DNA of 64,000 nt, from IMG/VR virus record IMGVR_UViG_2740892280_000002, positions 15,512 through 79,511 of that record. The stretch is one strand, 5' to 3'. The notes under the pieces are model-generated. The model had not been told where the DNA came from and did not search any database. It worked only from the letters and a program-made list of their open reading frames with translations. The DNA is from a virus. Lineage: Duplodnaviria; Caudoviricetes. This document shows, one piece after another, positions 33,909 to 45,200 of the stretch (positions are counted from its first letter, which is position 1; each line of letters starts with the position of its first letter). A program made the position numbers and the translations under genes.

Positions 33909-34940
33909 ATGGCCGCTACCAAGATTGCAGACATCATTGAACCGGAAGTGTTCAACCCGTATGTCATCGAACGCTCCGCCGAGCTCTCCGCGCTCTTCCG
34001 TTCCGGTATTATCTCCAACGATCCGGAGCTCAATGTCCTGGCTATGGCCGGTGGCACCTTGATCAACATGCCGTTCTGGAAGGACCTCGACGGCGAAGAC
34101 GAAGTGCTCTCCGACTCCAACCCGCTGACCGTCAACCGGATCCAGTCCGGTCAGGACCTTGCCGTCCTGCACGCTCGCGGTAAGGCTTGGGGCGTCAACG
34201 ATCTGGCGAAGGCTCTCTCCGGAGACGACCCGATGGCCGCTATCGGCGATCTGGTCTCCGAATACTGGGCTCGCCGTTGGCAGAAGCTTCTTGTCGCGAC
34301 CCTGCAGGGCGTCTTCGCCGACAACGTTGCGAACGACTCCAGCGATCTGGTCCTGGCAGCCGGCAGCGAAGATACCGACACGACCGGTATTATCCGCCTG
34401 ACCTCCGACGTCGTTGTCGACGGCAAGTTCCTGCTCGGCGACGCCCAGGAAAAGCTGACCGCTATCGGCATGCACTCGACCGTCTTCGCCGGTCTGGTCA
34501 AGGCCAAGCTGATCGACTACGTGACCGTCGACGCTGCCGGTAACGTGATCGCCCAGGGCGCACACGGCGACCCGGCGGAGCGCACCTTCTCCATGCCGAC
34601 CTACATGGGTCTGCGGGTTATCGTCGATGACGGCTTCCCGGTTCGTAACGGTGCAACCTCCGGCAAGGTCTATACCTCCTACCTGTTCGCTCAGGGCGCG
34701 ATTGGCTTCGGCCAGGGTGAAGCTCCGGTCCCGACCGAGACCGACCGCGACTCCCTCGCAGGTGAGGATGTCCTGATCAACCGCAACCACTTCGTCCTGC
34801 ACCCGCGCGGCATCAAGTGGACCGGTGCTACCCAGGCCGGAACCTTCCCGACCAACGCCGAGCTGGCGAACGCCTCCAACTGGGATCGCGTCTACACCAA
34901 GAAGAACATCCGCTTGGTGGCCGTCGAAACCAACGGCTAA
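33909..34940 (+). CDS. major capsid protein
   Basis: T.IADII.PEVF.PYV, G.LINMPFW.DL, TYMGLRVIVDD, R.HF.LHPRG.KW; strongly biased codon use. Confidence 0.9.
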   Translation: MAATKIADIIEPEVFNPYVIERSAELSALFRSGIISNDPELNVLAMAGGTLINMPFWKDLDGEDEVLSDSNPLTVNRIQSGQDLAVLHARGKAWGVNDLAKALSGDDPMAAIGDLVSEYWARRWQKLLVATLQGVFADNVANDSSDLVLAAGSEDTDTTGIIRLTSDVVVDGKFLLGDAQEKLTAIGMHSTVFAGLVKAKLIDYVTVDAAGNVIAQGAHGDPAERTFSMPTYMGLRVIVDDGFPVRNGATSGKVYTSYLFAQGAIGFGQGEAPVPTETDRDSLAGEDVLINRNHFVLHPRGIKWTGATQAGTFPTNAELANASNWDRVYTKKNIRLVAVETNG

Positions 34941-34963
34941 TTGTAGCCAAAAACCGAAAAATT

Positions 34964-34988
34964 GGGCGGGGATTTCCCCGCCCTTTTT
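34964..34988 (+). terminator. intrinsic terminator after capsid gene
   Basis: gggcgggga/tccccgccc stem plus T5. Confidence 0.75.
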
Positions 34989-35031
34989 GTTTCCGGCTAA
35001 AATTCAACAACTCAAGAAATTGGAGACGAAT

Positions 35032-35373
35032 ATGGGAATGATCTCGTTTCGGCATCTTCGGAACGCCGTGAAAAAAGCCGCTAAAGAACCGGAGGCGGAA
35101 GTCGCCGAGGACGCTGAAAAGTCTGTCGAACCGGAGACAGCGCCAGCGACAGCCGAGCCACAGAGCGAGCCTGCTCAGGCTGTTCTTTTGCCTGATCCGG
35201 CGGCGACCGAGCCCGCGAAGGTCGAAACCCTCGAAGAGCAGCTCGCGGCGATGAAAAAGGCCCAGGTGCTCAAGTTTGCGAAAGAAGCAAGCATCGAGGT
35301 TGACGAAACCCTCGGCGTCGTCGAGCTCCGCGCCTTTGTTCTCAAGGCAAAGGAGGGTGTAGATGCCGCTTAA
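35032..35373 (+). CDS. hypothetical head-associated protein
   Basis: GGAG RBS; A/E/P-rich linker and small C-terminal helical domain. Confidence 0.55.
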   Translation: MGMISFRHLRNAVKKAAKEPEAEVAEDAEKSVEPETAPATAEPQSEPAQAVLLPDPAATEPAKVETLEEQLAAMKKAQVLKFAKEASIEVDETLGVVELRAFVLKAKEGVDAA

Positions 35374-35698
35374 CCCGCTTTCCCGCGCTCTAACCGGCGT
35401 CAAGTTCCCGAACGGCGAGCACTTCCCGGCGGCGACGCCGGAAGGGGTCACTGTCGGCCTCGACGCGCAGACGGTTGCCGCGCGGACCGGCGGACCGATC
35501 TCCGGCGGTCTCTACCATGTCGCGAATACCGTCTATGCGCACATTGCTCTCGGCGATGCGGCTGTCGACGCGGATGTGACCTCGATGCTCCTTGCTCCCG
35601 GCGAGCGTCCGCTCGTAATTCCGGACGGCGTTTTCGCTTCCGTGATCAAATCGACCGGCGAGCCGGACGGCATCGTCCGCATGACAAGGATGATCTAA
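35363..35698 (+). CDS. putative virion structural protein
   Basis: AAGGAGG RBS; beta-rich; position. Confidence 0.55.
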   Translation: MPLNPLSRALTGVKFPNGEHFPAATPEGVTVGLDAQTVAARTGGPISGGLYHVANTVYAHIALGDAAVDADVTSMLLAPGERPLVIPDGVFASVIKSTGEPDGIVRMTRMI

Positions 35699-36082
35699 AT
35701 GGCCGGGTATTCTCGGACCTACCAGGCGGAGGCTCTTGCGAATATCCGTAGCAAGAGCCTCGAAATCGCGCTCTACGTCGACGACCCGACCTCGGCCTCA
35801 ATCGGGACCGAGGTAACCGGCGGCGCTTACGCGCGCCCGGCGATTACGTTCGGCTCTCCGGTCGATGTTGGCGACGGGACGGAAATTTCAAATAACGGCA
35901 ACGTCATTTTTCCGCAGGCAACGACGGACTGGGCCTCCGGCGCGGCAATCACTCACTACGAGATCCGTGAAGTCGGCGGAGGCGCAGTTTTCTACGGTCC
36001 TTTCGACTTCTCGCGCGTGATCCGGACCGGCGACTTTTTCCGGGTCGATGCTGGAAATATCACTCTCAAGGAAGCGGATTAA
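35699..36082 (+). CDS. small beta-rich fibre/decoration protein
   Basis: IALY..DP....GTEV.GG.YAR..I.F...FP.AT.DW..ITH pattern common in phage fibre proteins. Confidence 0.7.
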   Translation: MAGYSRTYQAEALANIRSKSLEIALYVDDPTSASIGTEVTGGAYARPAITFGSPVDVGDGTEISNNGNVIFPQATTDWASGAAITHYEIREVGGGAVFYGPFDFSRVIRTGDFFRVDAGNITLKEAD

Positions 36083-36085
36083 TCA

Positions 36086-37099
36086 ATGGGCTTTGTCAGG
36101 GCTAAGCGTTCGCATGGGGTTGCCGGATACGGGAATACGTTTAGTGACGCCGACACCCTGACCGCTTCCGCTTCCGTTATTGGCGGGGCTTCCGTCTCCG
36201 GCTCCGCCAACTATTCGGCGTCCGCGTCGGGTTACGTCTCTCGGTCTCCAATGACCTCCGGAGAATATCGAGAGCCAGCAATCCGGCGCGCGGCGGTCGT
36301 TTCAACCCCGCTTGTCACCTTCTCCTCTCCAATCCCAGGAGGCGGCGTAGATGTCTACGATGAAGGGAATCTTGTTTTGCATAGCGTTCGCGAGCTCGAC
36401 TTTAGGGGTAGCGAGGTTTCCGCGACCGATCTCGGCGGCGGAAGGGCTGGCATCTTCGTTCCATCGCTAACATTTAATCCCGCCTTGCAGGTTCGATTTG
36501 CTGGCGGGTTATTCAACGGGCAGAGCGTAGCCGAGGCTGGCTATATCGCCTCCGGCCTAACGATCTCCTGGGCATCCAACGATCCGGTTAACGCGCCGAT
36601 TACCGGCTTTGACAGCCTAACCCTTGGCTCCGCGCCGATTGCCCTCGATGGCGGCGGCAACGCAACAAACGGCGGTGTTTATACCGGACCGGTTGACGAA
36701 GCGTCTGCCGGAGCAGGTTTGTCCGTTCGCTTAATCTCCTCGCTCGGGACTTCAACGCTTGCGCAAGCCCTAAGCTGGCAGTGGCGGATCTATCACGGGA
36801 ATGATCCGAGCCCAACTATTGATGAGGCTGGTATTCTCGCTCTTCCGAGTACGTCGCTATCAGGATCTCGCGCTGGTACGCGGGCATTCTCGGCGGCTGC
36901 GGGCAATCACAAGTGGATTGCCTACCCGGCTGCCTACGGCCTCGCTACGCGCTTCTGGGATACGGCGACCGGCTTCGACGTTCCCTTCGAAGCTCCGCTC
37001 TCCGTCGCGGTCACGAATTCATTTGGCGCAATGACAAGCTATCTCGCCTACCGGTCAACTTTCCAGCTTGGCGGCGCGATCAGCATAAGGGTTGAATAA
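36086..37099 (+). CDS. putative virion structural protein
   Basis: S/G/A/T-rich beta protein in structural operon. Confidence 0.6.
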   Translation: MGFVRAKRSHGVAGYGNTFSDADTLTASASVIGGASVSGSANYSASASGYVSRSPMTSGEYREPAIRRAAVVSTPLVTFSSPIPGGGVDVYDEGNLVLHSVRELDFRGSEVSATDLGGGRAGIFVPSLTFNPALQVRFAGGLFNGQSVAEAGYIASGLTISWASNDPVNAPITGFDSLTLGSAPIALDGGGNATNGGVYTGPVDEASAGAGLSVRLISSLGTSTLAQALSWQWRIYHGNDPSPTIDEAGILALPSTSLSGSRAGTRAFSAAAGNHKWIAYPAAYGLATRFWDTATGFDVPFEAPLSVAVTNSFGAMTSYLAYRSTFQLGGAISIRVE

Positions 37100-37614
37100 T
37101 GGCAGCAATCCCCGGAGCGGTCCCGGTTGGTGGTTTTATCGGCCCGACCGACGATACAGACGTTTACCCGACGATTGATCCGCTTTACGGGGTCGATGGT
37201 CTCCGCTCTGTCCCTGATCATGCGACTCGTGACGCGATCCCGCCTCTCCGCCGTAGGGCGGGGATGGTTGTCGTTACGCAGAACGATCTTCAGGGCTGGC
37301 AATTGGCTGGGGATCTCGTAACCTGGGTTCCCTTCGCGCAGTCTCGGACGAAACGTGTAACGTTTACGAGCACTCGTGAAATTGTAATCTCCGGCGTTGA
37401 TCAGCCTCCGCTCGCCGAGGTCTATATCACTCGGCTAGATCCGCTGCCGTTTACGTTCGATACACAACCCTTTGACGTTGCGCAATTCGACTGGCTCGAC
37501 AGGGTTACGTTCCTTCGAAACGCCAACTTTACCAGTATTTTTGATGAGGTTTTGAAGACTCTTACTATTCGACTACCGGGCTCGGGCTCGGGCATCGTCG
37601 TTTATAACGTATAG
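37099..37614 (+). CDS. putative virion structural protein
   Basis: RDAIP..RRR.GM.V motif; TAATG coupling. Confidence 0.6.
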   Translation: MAAIPGAVPVGGFIGPTDDTDVYPTIDPLYGVDGLRSVPDHATRDAIPPLRRRAGMVVVTQNDLQGWQLAGDLVTWVPFAQSRTKRVTFTSTREIVISGVDQPPLAEVYITRLDPLPFTFDTQPFDVAQFDWLDRVTFLRNANFTSIFDEVLKTLTIRLPGSGSGIVVYNV

Positions 37615-37621
37615 GGTCGCA

Positions 37622-40600
37622 ATGGCTAACTTTCCCTTGTCTAAAGATGATTTTGACTCGCTTTTCAACGTCACTGACAGGGCGACAAGTTCTCTTGCGA
37701 CTGACTTCAATCTCGGCGACGCTTCGATCATCGTAACGGACGGCGATCTCTTCCCGTCCGGTCGGCACGTCGTTACGGTCGACGATGAGCAGGTTATTGT
37801 TGCTTCGCGTTCCGGAAACGTCCTTACGGTCGAGGCTGGTGGGCGAGGGGCGTTCGGCACGCCTGTAACGGCACACTCATTCTCGACGCAGATCTCCGTA
37901 AACATGATCGCCGGCATCTGGAATACGATGACCGGAACAATCCTCGACATGCAGGAAACCCTCTGGGTCTGGCGCCTCCCGGTCCTTAGTCGGGCGATTG
38001 CGATCCCTCCCGGCGCGGTCTCGACCGGCGATAGCTACATAGTTGCTTCCGGCGGCGTTAGCGCTTGGCTAGGGCGCGACGGGGATATCGCGACTTTCAA
38101 CGGCTCCGCCTGGGACTTTGTAACGCCCGAGCTCGGCTTCGCTGCTTGCGTTGCTGATGAGGGGGCGCTCGTTTTCTTCGACGGGTCCGCGTGGAAAAGC
38201 GCGGGCTCCGTAAACTCCGTTTTCGGTCGCTCGGGGGATATCACGGCCGAAAGCGGCGACTACAACGCCGGTCAAATCAGTTTCGACAACGTAGAGAGCG
38301 GCTTGACTGCTACGGACGCGCAATCGGCTATCGACGAAGTTGCCGCGCGCGTAGCACCTCTTGAAACAGCTCCTCCTGCCCATAGCCATACCGTCGGTGA
38401 TATTACTGACGCCGGAACGATGGCAACCCAGGATGCAAACTCCGTAGCAATTACCGGTGGGACGATCTCCGGGGCGACCGTCGATAGCCGCAACGTCGGA
38501 GCTGACGGTGCCAAGCTTGACGGCATCGCTGCCGGAGCGACCGCGAACGCTACTGACGCATTTCTCCTTGATCGCGGTAATCATACCGGCACGCAGCCGG
38601 TTAGCACTATCGACGGGCTCTCGTCAGCGCTCGGCGATGCAAGCTCTCACGCGGCGAGGACGGATAACCCTCACGCAGTTACGAAAGCGCAAGTCGGCCT
38701 TGGGAACGTATCAAACGATGCGCAGATCCCGCTCGCGCAAAAAGGAGCTCCGAACGGCGTCGCGGAGCTTGATGCAACGGGTAAGGTCCCGGCGGCTCAG
38801 CTCCCCTCCTACGTTGATGATGTCTTGGAGGTTCCGGACTATACGGCGCTCCCGATTACCGGAGAGGCTGGCAAGCTCTATGTCACGATCAACACGAATG
38901 TAACCTACCGCTGGTCGGGGACGACCTATGTCGAGATCTCCGCGAGCGTAGCACTCGGCGAGACGGCGGACTCCGCCTATCGAGGGGATCGCGGCAAGAT
39001 CGCATATGATCATAGCCAACAGGTCGGCGGAAACCCTCACGGGGTTACAAAGTCCGAAGTCGGCCTAGGAAACGTCGACAATACTTCGGACGCAAGCAAG
39101 CCGGTTTCAACCGCGCAACAAACGGCGCTCGATACAAAGGTCGACAAGGTCGCCGGGTATGGACTTTCCGAGGAGGACTTTACCTCGACGCTTCTCGCAA
39201 AGGTCAATGGTATCGCGGCAGGAGCGACGGCAAACTCCTCCGATAGCGTTCTCCTTGATCGCGCGAACCATACCGGGGAGCAGGCGATTTCGACCGTTAC
39301 GGGCCTGCAAGGGGCTATCGACGCAAAGGTCGACGTTGTCCCTGGCAAGCAGCTTTCTACCGAGGATTATACGACCCTCGAAAAAACGAAGCTGGCCGGC
39401 ATCGAGGATGGCGCTACCGCCAACTCGACAGACGCTTTCCTGCTCGATAGGTCAAACCATACCGGTACGCAGCCGATCTCTTCGATTGAGGGATTACAGG
39501 CGGAGCTTGACGGTGGAGGAGCTCACGCTTTCCGGACGGATAACCCGCACGGGGTAACAAAGGCCCAGGTCGGCCTTGGCAACGTTACCAATCAGGCGCA
39601 GATCCCCCTTTCCGAAAAAGGGTCTCCGAACGGCGTCGCCGAGCTAGACGCAACCGGCAAAGTCCCGGCGGCTCAGCTTCCGTCATATGTCGATGAGGTC
39701 GTCGAGTTTGCGACAGCAGGGGACTTCCCGGCGACCGGGATCGGCGGCGTGATCTATATCGCGACCGATACAAACAAGACCTATCGGTGGACAGGCACGC
39801 TTTACGTCGCGATTTCCAGCGACGTCGCGCTCGGCGAAACGGCCTCGACCGCCTATCGCGGCGACCGTGGCAAGATTGCTTACGATCACAGTCAAGCGGT
39901 AGGCAATCCGCACGGAACGACAAAGGCGGATATTGGCCTCGGGAACGTCGACAACGTTTCAAGCGCATCTCTTAGGGATCGCTCGACGCATACGGGCACT
40001 CAAACCCTAGCGACGATCTCTAACGCGGGAACAGCCGCCGGGCTAAACGCCGGGTCTTCAATCGGAAACGTTCTGCTTATCGAAAACAACGCCGGGACGC
40101 CGTCCCTCCCGGCTATCGACGGATCACGACTCCTCAACATCGGCGGCGGAGGGGGAGGTGGTGGAGGTAGCTCTATGGAATTCCGCGTCAGGTATATCTC
40201 TGACGGGTTCTTTATCGTCCCGGCTGGTATCTACATGATTTGGGTTACCGCCATCGGCGGCGGAGGTGGCGGAGCATCCGGAACAGGTGCAGTTTCTACA
40301 AACGTATCCGGCGGCGGTGTCCGGTATGGTGGCAATGCAGGAAAAAACGGTGCTGCTTGTTTGCTAATGCCTGTTCGGGTTACCCCAGGCGATAACTTCC
40401 CGATAACAATCGGACGCGGTGGGGCTGGTGGTGTTCAACCAGCCGTGGCTAACACGAACGTAGCCGGTGTTGCTGGTGGAACTACAATCGCCGGTAATAT
40501 CATCCTCCCAGGTGGAGAAGCTGGTGAAAATGCGTCAACTTCAATATTTACAGACGAATTGCTTTTGTCCGTTATTACCGATTTCGATAGAACGGATACA

Positions 40601-41014
40601 AGACTATTCCATAATTTCGGTGGAGTTTTCAGCCCATTCATCGGGAACACAACATACCGAAATAAAGATAGCGATGTAAACAGCGCTATCTACTATCGAG
40701 CTGCTTATGCTTTTGGCAATACGGGAGAGTCTGGAGCTTGTTACGGCCACCACACTTACCCGCAGGTTTCAGGTATTTCCTACTCCGGGACCGGCGGCCC
40801 AGGCTCCCCGTTTAGCTTTGCGCGCGGCGCTGATGGTGGTCGTGGGGTTATCTCCAACGCAGCGAGCCCGGCGATAGGAGGGGACGGTCAAAATGCTAAC
40901 CTTTGGGGATGCGGTGGCGGAGGCGGGGGCGCGGCCCAGTCTACAACAGGTCAAGCAATCTCTATCGGCTCTGGCGGTCGAGGTGCTGATGGGATGGTCG
41001 AGATCTACTACTAG
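37622..41014 (+). CDS. long fibre protein: DUF2793-like domain, duplicated shaft repeats, Gly-rich tip
   Basis: PP....GD.YIV...AW.G..G.IA.F.G.AW.F..P..G near 37980-38205; NPH.VTK.QVGLGNV and LDR.NHTG.Q repeats; GGGGG-rich C-terminus. Confidence 0.8.
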   Translation: MANFPLSKDDFDSLFNVTDRATSSLATDFNLGDASIIVTDGDLFPSGRHVVTVDDEQVIVASRSGNVLTVEAGGRGAFGTPVTAHSFSTQISVNMIAGIWNTMTGTILDMQETLWVWRLPVLSRAIAIPPGAVSTGDSYIVASGGVSAWLGRDGDIATFNGSAWDFVTPELGFAACVADEGALVFFDGSAWKSAGSVNSVFGRSGDITAESGDYNAGQISFDNVESGLTATDAQSAIDEVAARVAPLETAPPAHSHTVGDITDAGTMATQDANSVAITGGTISGATVDSRNVGADGAKLDGIAAGATANATDAFLLDRGNHTGTQPVSTIDGLSSALGDASSHAARTDNPHAVTKAQVGLGNVSNDAQIPLAQKGAPNGVAELDATGKVPAAQLPSYVDDVLEVPDYTALPITGEAGKLYVTINTNVTYRWSGTTYVEISASVALGETADSAYRGDRGKIAYDHSQQVGGNPHGVTKSEVGLGNVDNTSDASKPVSTAQQTALDTKVDKVAGYGLSEEDFTSTLLAKVNGIAAGATANSSDSVLLDRANHTGEQAISTVTGLQGAIDAKVDVVPGKQLSTEDYTTLEKTKLAGIEDGATANSTDAFLLDRSNHTGTQPISSIEGLQAELDGGGAHAFRTDNPHGVTKAQVGLGNVTNQAQIPLSEKGSPNGVAELDATGKVPAAQLPSYVDEVVEFATAGDFPATGIGGVIYIATDTNKTYRWTGTLYVAISSDVALGETASTAYRGDRGKIAYDHSQAVGNPHGTTKADIGLGNVDNVSSASLRDRSTHTGTQTLATISNAGTAAGLNAGSSIGNVLLIENNAGTPSLPAIDGSRLLNIGGGGGGGGGSSMEFRVRYISDGFFIVPAGIYMIWVTAIGGGGGGASGTGAVSTNVSGGGVRYGGNAGKNGAACLLMPVRVTPGDNFPITIGRGGAGGVQPAVANTNVAGVAGGTTIAGNIILPGGEAGENASTSIFTDELLLSVITDFDRTDTRLFHNFGGVFSPFIGNTTYRNKDSDVNSAIYYRAAYAFGNTGESGACYGHHTYPQVSGISYSGTGGPGSPFSFARGADGGRGVISNAASPAIGGDGQNANLWGCGGGGGGAAQSTTGQAISIGSGGRGADGMVEIYY
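38568..39960 (+). repeat. internal tandem duplication in fibre gene (876-nt offset)
   Basis: Module DR.NHTGTQ..TDNPH..KG.PNGVAELDATGKVPAAQLPSYVD..YRGDRGKIAYDHSQ begins at 38570 and again at 39446. Confidence 0.85.
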
Positions 41015-41613
41015 AGCTCAATACTCCCTACGAGCTCGTCATCTTGGAAGGCATCGAGACGGATACTCCCCTCGATGCTCCCTTTAAAATCAAAAAGCCG
41101 GACGGAGGTATAGACGCCGTCGCTTGTACGGACAGGAAGTAGATCAAAGGCCATAATCTCGTGCGGCTGGTATACCGAGCAATCTTTTATCAGGACCGTG
41201 CAGCGATCTGTCTCCGGATCGTCCAAATAGCCGCTCCTCGGAAGGAGCTCGGAAAACATAGCCTTTTGAGCGTCGCTAACGTAGTCGTGCCAGACAAATC
41301 TCCCGGACGGTAACCCAGCACTAACCGCGCCTCTTGATGCCTCAATCTGAGTGTAATGATCCGGCCCGAAAATCAACGAAAGATCCGACGCTCTTCTCGT
41401 AATCTCTTTAACAATTTGGATCATGTCTGAATGAGTGTTTAACAACCTTTCGATTTTCTTTGCTATTGAAAGGTTAGGTTCGTCGACACCCCTTTCCCAT
41501 CTACTTATCGTCGCTTGCGTAACGCCTAACTCGACGGCTAAAGCCTCTTGTTTGTATTGATTAATCTTCCGCCAACGGCGGAGTTTATAGCCAATATGTC
41601 TTTTTTCAGGCAC
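41011..41613 (-). CDS. XRE HTH regulator with C-terminal PAS-like domain (AT-rich, antisense)
   Basis: KLRRWRK....KQEALAVELGVTQATISRWERG. Confidence 0.8.
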   Translation of the reverse strand: MPEKRHIGYKLRRWRKINQYKQEALAVELGVTQATISRWERGVDEPNLSIAKKIERLLNTHSDMIQIVKEITRRASDLSLIFGPDHYTQIEASRGAVSAGLPSGRFVWHDYVSDAQKAMFSELLPRSGYLDDPETDRCTVLIKDCSVYQPHEIMAFDLLPVRTSDGVYTSVRLFDFKGSIEGSIRLDAFQDDELVGSIEL

Positions 41614-41915
41614 AGCGCATATTTCCGTATTTTTTTCGGTTTGCTTCGAATTTGGCTCCTACTTAGAAAGCTTTCAGGGGGTGTCAATACAACTAGACGG
41701 TGGGGTAATGATTTCAAAAGAAGAGGCGGAACAAATCCTTGTGATGCTGCGCCTGGCAGTAGAATTCGGCTTTTCCGACAACGTAGAGTGTGTTGCGCTA
41801 ACTTTAATCAAGACAGCGATTAAGGACATTGAGGGGCTTCTAGAGGATTAGATTTTCTACCATTGGATGCGGGAGGTTAGATTGACACTTAGGTTTCAAT
41901 TAAGGCTCCCCATCC

Positions 41916-42230
41916 ATGACCGTAAGCGCAGAAACTCTCTTTATGGCTATCTTTGGCTCGCTTCTCTCCGTTGTGGTTGGAGCGATTACCGTAAATTTTA
42001 AAGAACTCCGGTCATTTAAGGATGATGTTCTCGCGAATTACGCAAGACGAAGCGAGATCAATACGGTCACAAACGAATTTCGCTCAGAAATCAAGGAGAT
42101 GCGCGAGTATTTCCATAATATGATGGAGAAAAGCACTTCCGAGCTCAAGGAGAGTATGAGGGAGTCCGAGGATAGAAATCGAGAGCGTCACGAACAACTT
42201 TTGAAAGCTTTTACGAGCAGCAAGGGTTAA
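41916..42230 (+). CDS. single-TM coiled-coil protein (holin-like candidate)
   Basis: N-terminal TM followed by charged coiled coil. Confidence 0.5.
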   Translation: MTVSAETLFMAIFGSLLSVVVGAITVNFKELRSFKDDVLANYARRSEINTVTNEFRSEIKEMREYFHNMMEKSTSELKESMRESEDRNRERHEQLLKAFTSSKG

Positions 42231-42233
42231 ACT

Positions 42234-45200
42234 ATGGGCATCGGATCGTCCTCTCTTAACAAGTCCCCGGCTACGGGGACTACGAGCGCTCGTGTAGGCG
42301 GTATCGCTTCGTGGGAAAGCTTCTCGAATGCCGGGTCGAGCGACAACCTTTACGCGGAGTCGCAAAGCCTAGCTCAGGGTGAAACCTCCAATCTGCTTTA
42401 TGTCAGGGGTTTCGACTTTGCTCTTGATCCCGGCTCAGAAATCCTCGGTATCGAAGTCTCTGTAGAGGCTTCGGAGTCCGGCGGCGATGCCGTTATCGAC
42501 CTTATCCAGATCGCGGATTCCAGTGGTGCTCTTATCGGCGGAAATATCGCTGCCGGGGAAGACTTCGGCGCGGGAGCAAAGGTCGCGAGCGATTGGTCCG
42601 CTCTCCTTGAGGTTGGTGCACTAAGCCAGAATTTCGACACGTCCGTTTCTTACGGAAATAGCACGAGCCTGTTCGGTGCAACCCTTGACGCGGTTACGGT
42701 CAACTCGCCGAATTTCGGTGTCAAAATTGGGGTTACAAAGACCGGAGTCGAAAGCGGACAGGTATTTGTCGACCGGGTCGGGGTAACTATTCATTACCGC
42801 ACCGACAAACTTCTATCCGTCGCCGAGAGGGTCGTTTCCCTTACCGGTAACATTCAAAACGTTTCTGCTGGCGCGTTCCGAGCCTCTAGCGGGATAACTA
42901 CTTTTGAGGTCCCGACGTTCTTCGCGGCTATCGAGGCCGGGGTCTCTCCGATTATCCCGGCTGCAAAGCTGGTCGTATCCGGGTTTGCACCGACAACTGA
43001 ACGTGACCAAAACGTTATTGCTGGAATTCGCTCCGCAGGCGCTTTTGGGTTTGTTCCTGACATTGACGTTGACGCTCTCGTTACGGCGGGGACTTCGGCA
43101 ACCTCCTTGATTGGTTTCGTGCCGGAAGACGTCCAGGTAAACATATACAGGACGGCCAGGGCCGGAGCTCTCGACCTTTATCCCTTCGGCGCGTTAACGG
43201 TTGCCGACGCTCAGCCATCTGTAGCGCGCGGCGTTGTTGACGTATCGGGCTTTGAGCCGCTCCCTATCGTTGATCACTTCGTTACAGCTAGCGCTAGCTC
43301 GGTCGAAACGAGACCTGCCACCGCTTCGGTTTCTGCTGGTGCGCACCTTCCGACTGAAGCTGGAAGAGTTGGCGCTTACGGCTTGGTTTCAAGCGTTACC
43401 TCAGACGCCTATCTAACGACCTCTCTCTCGGTCGCAGACGTTCTAGGTCTTGACGCGAAAGCATCCTCCGACGCGATACTTTCGGCGAGTGCCTCTAGCG
43501 TCACGGTCCTCGGCCTTCAAGCTGATGTAACCTCCGACGCATTCAATAAACCGGAAACCGGTTCTATTGGGGCTTTCGGTCAAGTACAGGGTCACAGAAA
43601 CGGGCATAAGCTTACCCTTCCCACAATCGGTGGAACTCTCGTTTCCGGTGCTCTCGGTAGTATTAGCGCGGACGCGAAACTTACCGCTAGCTCAAGCAGC
43701 ACTTCTATTGCCGGTCTTCAAGCTGGCTTTAGAAATGGACATACGCTCTCGACGCTACTGATGCCGGTTACGGTCGTCGGGTACTCCCCTGCGGTCTCGG
43801 CAGACGCGAAGCTTGTTTCGCTTTTGCTAGGCTCGGAAACGGTCTCGGGTGTTCAGCCTGAATTTCATGTCGCGGCGAATTTTTTCCCGAAGACTAGCGG
43901 GCTTTCGGTTACCCCTCTAGCGCCGACAACCCGTCGAGGGCATCGCGTTCGGGTCGATGAATATTCGATCCGCGCATATGGCTTTTTCGCGAACGTCGTC
44001 GCCGATCAGTTTATCGCGGCCTCCGCTACATCGGCCGATATTGCTGGGGAAGTTGCGACGCTCCGGGCGAGCCGGGTTTTGTCTACTTCAAAGTCGACTA
44101 TTGAAGTTACCGGGAACAGTCAGAACGTTTCTGCCGGAGCCGTTCTTTCAAGTGCTACGTCAGGTCTTGACGTCCTCGGGGCAAAGGCTGGTGTCGTATC
44201 TACCGCCTTTGCTACGCCGACTTTGGGGCAGATCCGCCTTATCGGGCATCGGCTTGACGTTCGCGCGAGTCATACGCTTCAAGCGCTCAACTCGCCTTCA
44301 GCAATTGAAGGGTATACCGGCAGCGCAACGGCTACCGTAAAGGCGAGCACCGTAACAGGAGGCGTAACGTTTGCTGGAAAGCAGGCGCTTGCTCGCGTCG
44401 ATGCCCAGATCGAAGCTTTCTCGACTTCCACCGAGATTATCGGGAAGGCACCGCGACTTATTCAGGCTCAGCGCGTCCGCGTTGGAGGCGACGCGATTAA
44501 TGCCCTCGGACAAAACGCTCTTGTCCGGTCGGATGCGTTTAGAACCGTTCGCGCTGCCCCTTACTCGGTCATGGGGCGTAAAGCTTCGGTTGAGGCGGAT
44601 ACCTCTTCGAGGGCTCGCCTCGGCGTCGTAGCGTTCGCACCGACAAGCCCAGTTAACGCTGACCTTAAGCTCGGCCATGTGCTAGCTGCATCCGATAGCT
44701 TTGTCGGCGTCTTTGGCAGTCTGTTGGACGTAAAAACGGACGCGAAGCCGAATACCTCCCAGGCCATCGTTTCGGTGGTCGGTCAGGTTCCGGACCTTAA
44801 TCTGAGCAAAACGGCAACGGCGGCAAATAGCGCTCTTTCGATAGCCGGGCTCCCCGGCGGTATTAGTGCCGGCGGTACGCCTCGGGTAGGGCTCGGGGTC
44901 ATATCCGCTTCCGGGGTCGCTCCTAGCCTTCGAGCCTCCGCACGTAACCGCGCTTCGCGGTCTCTAACGGTTGTTAGAGGCGTGGAGGCAAGCGTCGCCT
45001 TTGGCGTCGTTCTTTCCGTTGCGGAGAGTCTTCTCGAAGTATCTTCCGGGAGGGCAAACGCCTCATACGGCCACGTCAAGGTAGCTAACCGTGGCGGAGC
45101 TCGTATTGCTCAGCTCCCTCCGGCGTCTCTTGAGTCCGATGCCAAGCCGAACGAAGCAAAAGCGCCGATCAGAGTTGAAATATCGGGGACTCCCCCGGCT

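Noticed and set aside
33891-34802. 303-aa minus-strand ORF
   Set aside because: Antisense shadow caused by the strong codon bias of the capsid gene.
40141-40170. Poly-G/GGC tracts (also 33541-33558) as phase-variation sites
   Set aside because: In-frame glycine linkers with mixed codons, not homopolymer runs.
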